A stretch of DNA of 62,453 nt, the filler included, from Hausera hauseri (taxonomy: Eukaryota), in NCBI GenBank assembly GCA_046269625.1. It is 13 parts of 13 records of this genome, joined end to end, with 100 filler letters (N's around TTAATTAATTAA, not from the genome) between each part and the next. Parts side by side here need not be neighbours in the genome. Positions count along the whole stretch, not along the records: positions 53,930 to 58,298 come from JBJURY010613444.1; positions 58,399 to 62,453 come from JBJURY010790980.1; 11 more parts are not named here. The stretch is one strand, 5' to 3'. Positions 54,829 to 62,453 of the stretch are shown one piece after another (position 1 is the first letter of the stretch; every line of letters starts with the position of its first letter). The notes under the pieces are model-generated. The model was given only the letters and a program-made list of their open reading frames with translations. It was not told the DNA's origin and did no database searches. A program made the translations under genes and the position numbers.

Positions 54829-54926
54829 TGGTGCCCACAGCGGCCGGTGCCCTTTAGCCCATTTGGTCGGGCACGGCCGGATTTTTGTTAACGCCGCGTC
54901 GGGCCCATAGTCGGTCCCGATCTTCC
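54829..54926 (-). promoter_or_regulatory. Conserved GC-rich non-coding cassette, copy D
   Basis: Clearly homologous to 60734-60831 on a different segment. Confidence 0.6.
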
Positions 54927-55244
54927 GCCTCGACATTTTATGATTTTCACTCAAATAGACCTCAGAAACAAAGATGATGCCCGACATCAAACGAGCCTGT
55001 TTATATATGAGTCCGCTGATCGCGTTTTAAGCCACTGTGTTACTGGTTAATCAGTATATTTACGGGATCAGTTTAAATGAAATTACAATCAAAACCAAAA
55101 CCAATCTGGATTCTAGTCCGTTGTTTTGCAATGCTATTCGTCTTTATTCAGGGCCCCGTTGTTGTGTTTAGAATGGTTTACATGTTCATGTTGATTCATT
55201 TTCAATTGACATTTATTATATCTTATACCTTTTTGGCGGGAACA

Positions 55245-55300
55245 GATGTATACGTTCATGGTGGTTTGTCATCTATAGATATGTTGAATCAATTGGTTAT
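55245..55300 (+). pseudogene. PPP-family Ser/Thr phosphatase-like fragment
   Basis: VYVHGGLSSIDMLNQL compared with the PPP motif CVHGGLSPSI.TLDQI. Confidence 0.4.
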
Positions 55301-55498
55301 CAGATATTTGCATGGCGTCTGGGAACATGTTCCTGTTTACTCTCAAGTACAACTACAGTGTTCGTATAGTTATTCCATGACATTTACATAATTAGACGAA
55401 AATGTAATACTTTGAGTAGCGCTTTGCAATTCAAACATGTTTAAACTGGCTAACGTCACTTGGTTGTATAATATAATGAATATGCACTAGTTCTAATT

Positions 55499-56205
55499 AT
55501 GGTCTACAAAATTCACTATTACAATGGAATATTGTACTCATTCTTCGGTCGCTCCTTACAATCGGTATTTACCGAAGCACAACGATTTAATTCAAATTCC
55601 AACATTACTCTAAGCTTCATTAAAACACCTGAGACAACTAGACATTTGGGATTTTCGCACTTTTCATGGTCTGAAAATGATTCTCAGGTGTGGATTCACA
55701 GTGGTGCTAGGACAGTATCACTCGACATGTCTGACACACCGGTAGCCATTCTTACCAAAGTTACGGGTGCTACCACCTTTCTATGGCATACAATCAACGA
55801 CGGAAGTGGTCACACTGCTACAGTACCTGAAGCGCTTTTCACGACAGACATACCCGGTTTCTCACTTCTCGACTCACCGCTACCTCTGATGGATTGTACT
55901 GGCTACGCAATTCATTTAGAAATGCATGTTTATATCATTGTTTGGTTTCCGCACCTGTGTCTAATCATACTCCCATTGACTTTTTCCAGCACTGCGAACA
56001 GACGGACGAAGTTTCGTTCATTAGAGATCGGCCCTTAAAATTGTACTCACAATATCAACTTAATAATCACATAGCCAACAAGGAACAGAGCATTACAGTT
56101 GTTTGCAAAAACCCCGTAACAATGGCTATTAGCAACAGGCGACCGGACTTAGTAATTATTAGTGTACGCATTGGTATGAATTCTACTGAGCCTAGTAAGG
56201 TACCG
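55499..56205 (+). pseudogene. UBR4: Intronless internal fragment of a UBR4/pushover-like E3 ligase
   Basis: YWL..S...PIDFFQH....DEVSF....L.LY...Q...I......ISN......VRI.....K.P is collinear with the UBR4 PIDFFEH region as I recall it. Confidence 0.65.
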
Positions 56206-56277
56206 AATCATACTGAGGATAAAATTCTTAAATCAGCCATTATGAAATATGGCACAAATCAGTGGGACAGAGTGACC
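56206..56277 (+). pseudogene. CDC5L: CDC5/Cef1 Myb repeat-1 fragment fused in frame to the UBR4 fragment
   Basis: TEDKILKSAIMKYGTNQWDRV compared with CDC5L [21 protein letters not shown]. Confidence 0.75.
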
Positions 56278-56301
56278 AATGGAGAAACATTATATACAGG
56301 A

Positions 56302-58298
56302 AACTCGGCTACCCCGAAATTTGCGACCCACCGCGGCGAATCTGAAGCCCGGCTGCCCACCCTATGCCATTGGGTCGAACGGCACTTTTCGTTGCCGCCT
56401 CGAGACACGCCCACCGCCACACGACCTGTCCTCATTTCCTTTTTCTTCTTAAATAACAGACACATTTGCACAAATGCAGTAACACATTTAAAAACGGCGA
56501 CAATCTATAACTTAATCTTTACTCTTCTTTGCACAACAGACTTTTACCTCACACATTACGGCGCCACGGTACTTTTCGTTGGAAATCTGCAACCTTCTTC
56601 CATCTATATTCACCTTCACATTCACTTCCGCATCCGTGGTGGCATGGATTTACCATCCACTATAAATACAACGGACAAACCCACCAAACCACCGATCTCT
56701 ATTACTTACTTGCCAAACAAAGTGCTTCAAACACTCCGACACAGCACACACTCCCCACTCATTCATCCTGTACAGAATACTTCCTTTACCGCCAAAAACT
56801 CCACTCAAACATGGCTAAAACTACACAATTCTGGCTCCAATCACAAAACGTCGTCGACCCCTTATCCAAAGCCAACAGCCTGTTTTTCCATTTACCTGCT
56901 TCTATCAAAACTAAAATTACAAACATTATCGACATCCTTCAAGACACCGATACATATGCACAACTTTATAATGCCGTTCTTAAGCTCACTGAGCCGTCAA
57001 TCAACTCTATCATTCAAAGGTTCTTCAATGACAACGCCATGGGCCTACAGAAACTGTCTGAATTTTTGTGCACATCTTTGTCTCACCTCAATACCCTTGG
57101 CGTAACATTTGAGCATAGTCCAGAACTTCTTCGTCGCTACTTTTTAAACGCACTGCCCTTCAAATAAGAGCTTTTTTCACTCTGGTCGAGGACTCCATGG
57201 CATTGGAAAAGTTGGCCGAACTGGCGGACAAAGCCTATGAAGTGCTGCACTCACACACAGCACCAACTTTCTATGCGGCATTAACAACAAAGCACCAACA
57301 ATAAAGTGCAATGCTGCAGCAACAAATTTCGCAATTACGCACAGAAAGCGAAATTTTGCAAAAGACAATTAATAACATAAACGAGAAATTATATGAGTTA
57401 ACGCTGCCTCGACGAGGTCTTTCTAATGCTGCTTCCCCTAATGTATTTCATAAACGATAAAGACGGTCGCCTTCGCTCGCGCGGTCATCTATTTGCTACT
57501 ATCACAACAAATTTGTTAACAATGCTCAAAAATGCTGCATCGGTTGTAAATTTTACTCCCCTATTTTAATACAAGCAACATCGTCTGCATCTATCACGCA
57601 AAATTTTGAACAAAAGAACAAAAATGCCTACTTGTCTGTAATTACAACACGCACAATAAAATCAACACTATCAAACCCACATAAAATAGCAGGCCAAACT
57701 CTCCAGCTACAAAACACTCATTTTGCCTTTAGCATACACGGCAAGGTCTAGCAAAGACAACAACCTACAAAAAGATAGCCGACACATTTCTTTTGCTGTA
57801 TTTACGTTGGAAGCAGCAGTCGTCACTCCAACAAAGTAAAACATTAATTTTCTCATAGACACCGGCACAGCAATCCCTTTATTTCCACCAAAACAGCACA
57901 TCCAAAACAATTTTACTTTAAAAAAGCAACTGTTCACTGCGTCCGGTGAACCCTTACAAACTCTTGGTGTTATCAAATTAACTTTCACTCTTCCAAATTT
58001 CCAAAACACATTCACTTGAAATTTACAGTAGCCAAAGTACGCACACCTATATTGAGTTTAGACTTTCCGTCTCACTATAATTTACTGGTAGACTGCAAAC
58101 AATGTTCCTTAAAGAGCGGAAATAATTTTAATTAAATTAGCAGCATTTCGGTGACCACCCGGGTGATCGCTTCCAGCAAGTTAATACTGAAGAAAACGAC
58201 CTCCGATTTGACTTACTTTTATAACCATTTATTATATAAAAATTTTTTTACGGCAACAAATACGATATTGCCAACTGCGTGGCACCTATTACTGATAG
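56302..58298 (+). mobile_element. Third CsRn1-like Gypsy internal region (gag, pro), degraded
   Basis: LKLTEPS...IQRFFND..LLRRYFLNALP; CYYH and CIYH motifs; FLIDTGT. Confidence 0.88.
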
Positions 58299-58569
58299 NN
58301 NNNNNNNNNNNNNNNNNNNNNNNNNNNNNNNNNNNNNNNNNNTTAATTAATTAANNNNNNNNNNNNNNNNNNNNNNNNNNNNNNNNNNNNNNNNNNNNGA
58401 CACTGAACAAAATACGTTATTGAAATATAAAAAACAATATACATCGGATAATTGTCAATGATTGTCACAGTAACTAAACTGAACTGAACTGATTTGTATG
58501 AACCCATAGAGCACCGATTGTTTGGACGTACGTTTATTTCAGCCACCAATTTCCATACGCCCAACTCTT

Positions 58570-60510
58570 ATTTCGCCCCACCCACTTTCGCTTATCATCC
58601 TTATATGACAAAGCGACTTTCACACTGGTTATTGTGTACAGCTAGAACTCAATTGATCGGGTGATCGTTTGCGACACAACAGCCACTGATTGTCCTCCTT
58701 CTGCTGCTGCTGTTTCTTCATATATACGGCGATAATCACCGTGGTCGATTTCCATCTGTCTCAGCCGGACTCTTTTTGCCCGAATTTTCAGTCCACAGTA
58801 CGTCAGAAGACTGTATCACTTTTGGCGTAGGAATATCCGTTCCCGATACTGAACCATGCCTTCACTTTCATCCTTGAAGTAGCCGATTTCGTTAGTGACC
58901 GCGCTGCTGTACAGAGGATGATCCGGTGGATAGTTGGACGTGTCAAGTAATCCATCTGACTGCATTTGCTGCAGTAGCTGTTCACGATCAACTTTTTTCA
59001 GCCGCAGGAAAAAACTGTCTGTATCACCGGCAATTATACTAATGTCACAGTCATCAAACATTTGCCGGTAACGTGCCAAATATCGATACTGTAGCTTATA
59101 CATCCGCAACTTACTCAGATCCAATACCACTTATCCGATGTAACTTGTCCGGTCCACAACGACTTCTTCTCTATTTAACAGCACCTCAACCAATCCATCG
59201 GCAATACGTGACCAAATGCTTTTCACTATTGTATAGGCGTACATTGAGCCGCTTTTCAGATTCTCCACTGATTTTCCGTATAGGTAATTGTTTTTCAGCT
59301 TGTAGTAGTCCTTTTCGAACTTTGTGCAAGTTGCAACTCCTTTCTTCGGATTTCCATCTGTGTACGCCTTGAATATGGCAGCCCGAGAAAATCGGATTGC
59401 ACGACGCAGCCGTGTGACGCGAACACCGAGATGCATGTGAAACTGTAGCAAACTTCAATAAACCACGTAATTCAACTTCGCTTCATGCATCATAAGCAGT
59501 TTTTTCACTTTTGAGTCTAGCGGACATTGGTTAAATGGTGCAACCAGTAAATCGACTAAAACGTCATGCAGCTCATCTGGCGCCACGAGATCGACCTCCA
59601 TCAGGTATCCGACTGAGCCTGCCATGTCTGCTCGTGGTAGATTGATGATTTTTGTAAATTTCTTCATCCGCCAGTATTTCTGCGATTGTGTTGTACCGGA
59701 ACACGTTGATTGCCGTTGTCGGATTACGCCGTTCAAAAGCCGGAATGGATTTCAGTTTCATTGGCATCCAACTTTCATCGAAATCCAATTCGGAAAAATA
59801 TTTCTGATACTGTTTTGAACGAAATGCACTATGTCTGTCCACTTCGTCATATTTCAATACCGCCAGAATACTGTAACAAAAACGGTATTCATCGTTTGTA
59901 TATTTTACATTCACTACCGCCAGAGACTGCTTCAGAGCTAAAGGTGTCGGTATGAATGATCGTCCAGACAAATATATTATACTATTCTACTTTCTTATGA
60001 TAAAGCCAAGGGTGACAATCTTTACAATTCGCCATCCACTACAATTTTCTCTGCAGTTGGCGATTTTCTCCTCCAGCTTTTCGCCAATCTTAGCTATAAA
60101 ATCCTCGGCATATGGTACAACTCGACGTGACAGGTACCATTGCTTCCTGTCGCCTTGCATGTTTTCGAATTCTGCAAGTGCATAATACTGTACTTTGCAG
60201 TGGTGGTGTTGGAATTTGTCCACTTCAGATTCCAACCGGTTTCGTACAATGGCTGGAACATGTCTCAATTGCGTTGTTATTTTCTCTGACATGTTCACTT
60301 TTATATCCACGTACAATTTTTTCAGATTGTACTTGACAGTAATGCGTGGTTCCTCCATATATTGCTCCTGTTCCTGCTGCTTTTTCTGCTCATTCTGCTG
60401 TTTTTGATTTCTGTCGTTTTCGTCAAGTATTCGGCAAGGCTTTTTGATGCCTGACGTTTCCTACTTGTTGAAGGAATACTACTGCTGCTGCTGCTTTTTG
60501 ATCCGTCCAT
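58570..60510 (-). pseudogene. Third pPolB relic with a large internal deletion
   Basis: SGWRI, SFIPTP..VVNVK, FERRNP (N-terminal domain) joined near 59660 to GYLMEVDL, KLKNNYLYGKS, GDTDSF, GYFKDE. Confidence 0.88.
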
Positions 60511-60733
60511 TAATATATGTTTTCTCGACCGCTTAAACTGGTTTAAGTAATCATGGTTCTGATTATAAAATTGTTCATAGTTGATTTGACCATCAGCTAT
60601 AGTACAACTGGGACATACATAGGCCCATTTACTGTGACAGTTGTGGTGCTATAATATTGCTCCATTGCACTATGGCAACCACCAACGTCATCACTGTACT
60701 TGTACAGTACCGTGGGTATATGGGGCAATGCTG

Positions 60734-60831
60734 TGGTGCCCACAAAGGCCGGTGCACTTTGGCCCATTTGGTCGGACACGGCCGGGCGTCCGTTGCCGCC
60801 GCGTCGGATCCATAGTTTGGTCCGATCTTCC
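60734..60831 (-). promoter_or_regulatory. Conserved GC-rich non-coding cassette, copy C, between divergent pPolB and chromodomain genes
   Basis: Homologous to 54829-54926. Confidence 0.6.
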
Positions 60832-61077
60832 AACTTTTTGCTCCAAAAGTCAAACTCGAAAAGACGTTCCCGACTGCCATCCATCACAGATCACGTCCAC
60901 GCGACGACCAGCCAGTCAAGAAATGCTACTTCGCGCTCTCTCCGGTATTGCGACACGATAAACGCTCATATTCACAAACCAAACAAAATACCAATGTTAA
61001 CGATTTTTCAGTTCTAAATACGCCAAGTGCCCAAAAGCCGTTAGACGGCCTTTACAAAACTATTGTTTTATAATTGA

Positions 61078-61824
61078 ATGATGTCTCACGATCACTTTTC
61101 TATTTCGGACAATTTAAATTCTGACAAATTATATCCGATTGAGCAAGTTGTGGGTAAAAGACGACGAAAGGGTATTATTCAGTATAGAATCCGATGGAAA
61201 GGTTATCCGCCAAGTCAAGATACGTGGGAACTGGTTAGTTTAATTCGTGAAAGCTGTCTTACGTTAATCAAAGAATTTGATGACAAACGGAAATCGTTGG
61301 ATTTGCAAAGTGAATTTGATATGCATTCGAATGAAAGTGATAATTTAAACTGAAATTTGAATGATATGGTTTCAAAATCGAAAGAACATATTAACGAGCA
61401 GGACTTGTTACAGAAAAGCGATTCTGATATTGAAATAGTTATGGTGGAAACACTTATACAAATTAAAAAATCAGTAAATAGCCCTAAAGACACGACGGTA
61501 TCACACAATAAAGTCCCCAAATCTCGTTCCTTCGTTAATAAATCGAAGTCCGAAATTGGGTTGTTACCCCATCATCCCGTTCAAACGAGCAGTAATATCT
61601 CCTGTTCCAGTACGTCGTACATCAGTGACAAATCGAAAACCGAAACACCAATTACAAATCATTTAATCGAATTGAAAAATTCTGTGAAAAACTCTGTTTT
61701 ATATCATCAACCTAACACATTTGTAAATAATAACAGGTCAGATCCATCCAATTCATTGACGACAACCGACTCATCAACAACACCAAACAGTCGTGTGTCC
61801 GTCGACAAATCCGCGAGTTTTTAA
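61078..61824 (+). pseudogene. N-terminal chromodomain protein with a Ser/Asn-rich tail and one in-frame TGA at 61351
   Basis: YPIEQVVGKRRRKGIIQYRIRWKGYPPSQDTWE; ORF 61357-61824 continues in the same frame. Confidence 0.85.
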
Positions 61825-62329
61825 CGTTCTGGCCTTCCTTCATCTTCGGGATCTCTATCGTTTGTGAGTTTTGTCGCATTACGTTGGCGGAATCCACGTG
61901 TGCTTCTAGCCACTAGGTGTTGTGACATTGTAATTGTCTATATCATTGTGATATCTATGTGGCATTGCATGTTTGTTGTACCCTGCTCATTATTCCCTGT
62001 CTCCGTACGTTCTCAACCCGTGTGATCGCCAGGCGTCGACTGCTGAATTTGTTGGTGTATTTCTGTACTGTTTTATGTATTGAGGAGATATGTAATTGTA
62101 ATATAATACACTCTTTAATTTACACACACGTCTCAGTCATTCAAATCAGCGGTGCGCATGGGCATTCGCAGCTGGGTCAAGTGGAAAACCGGTTAAAGAG
62201 GCTAGTGGCACCTTTGCCATGACCACAAGCAGACTGACTATGGAGGCGATGGGAGTGACAAAAACGGTGGCTTGAAACACGGGAGCATAACTCATGTTTG
62301 CATTCTGTCTGACTCAATGAACATTCTTA

Positions 62330-62453
62330 AGAGGGTAAAGTCTGGCTGGACACGTCAGCAGTGGCTTGAATCACTGCAGAGATGTACAGTCCGCGGGGTC
62401 ACCTTCATACTCGTTCCAGGCCTTGCCGGCGTAGAGGGTAACGAGAGAGCGGA
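62330..62453 (-). mobile_element. Probable LINE ORF2 3' fragment
   Basis: Minus strand reads YAGKAWNE...CTSLQ*FKPLL. Confidence 0.35.

Noticed and set aside
61918-62150. Solo LTR starting TGTTGTG
   Set aside because: No convincing terminal inverted repeat, TSD or second copy.

Overview
This is not contiguous DNA. It is 13 unrelated ~4-5 kb segments of a eukaryotic (animal) draft assembly, joined by 100-bp N-linkers containing TTAATTAATTAA, so synteny only holds within a segment. Most content is degraded mobile DNA: two inverted BEL/Pao pol fragments; three protein-primed PolB (Polinton/adintovirus-type) relics; a NeSL/Utopia/R2-like LINE; five Gypsy fragments (three CsRn1-like with a doubled CHCC Gag motif, one with a chuvirus/gB-like glycoprotein upstream of Pro-Pol); pogo, hAT, Tc1-like and an unclassified DDE transposon; RTE and L2-like fragments; and satellites. 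Host-type sequence includes two duplicated EGF exons and two vertebrate-like ryanodine receptor exons (possible fish contamination) next to an intronless TRAF-MATH/RING cluster. The most interesting signal is a ~100-bp GC-rich cassette. It sits roughly 220-245 bp upstream of both LTR-less Gypsy gag genes and a pPolB gene, and is flanked by mosaics of host-gene fragments (UBR4, CDC5 Myb, PPP phosphatase, cullin). This hints at a composite pPolB/Gypsy gene-capturing element. All family calls come from motif recognition by eye; no database search was run.
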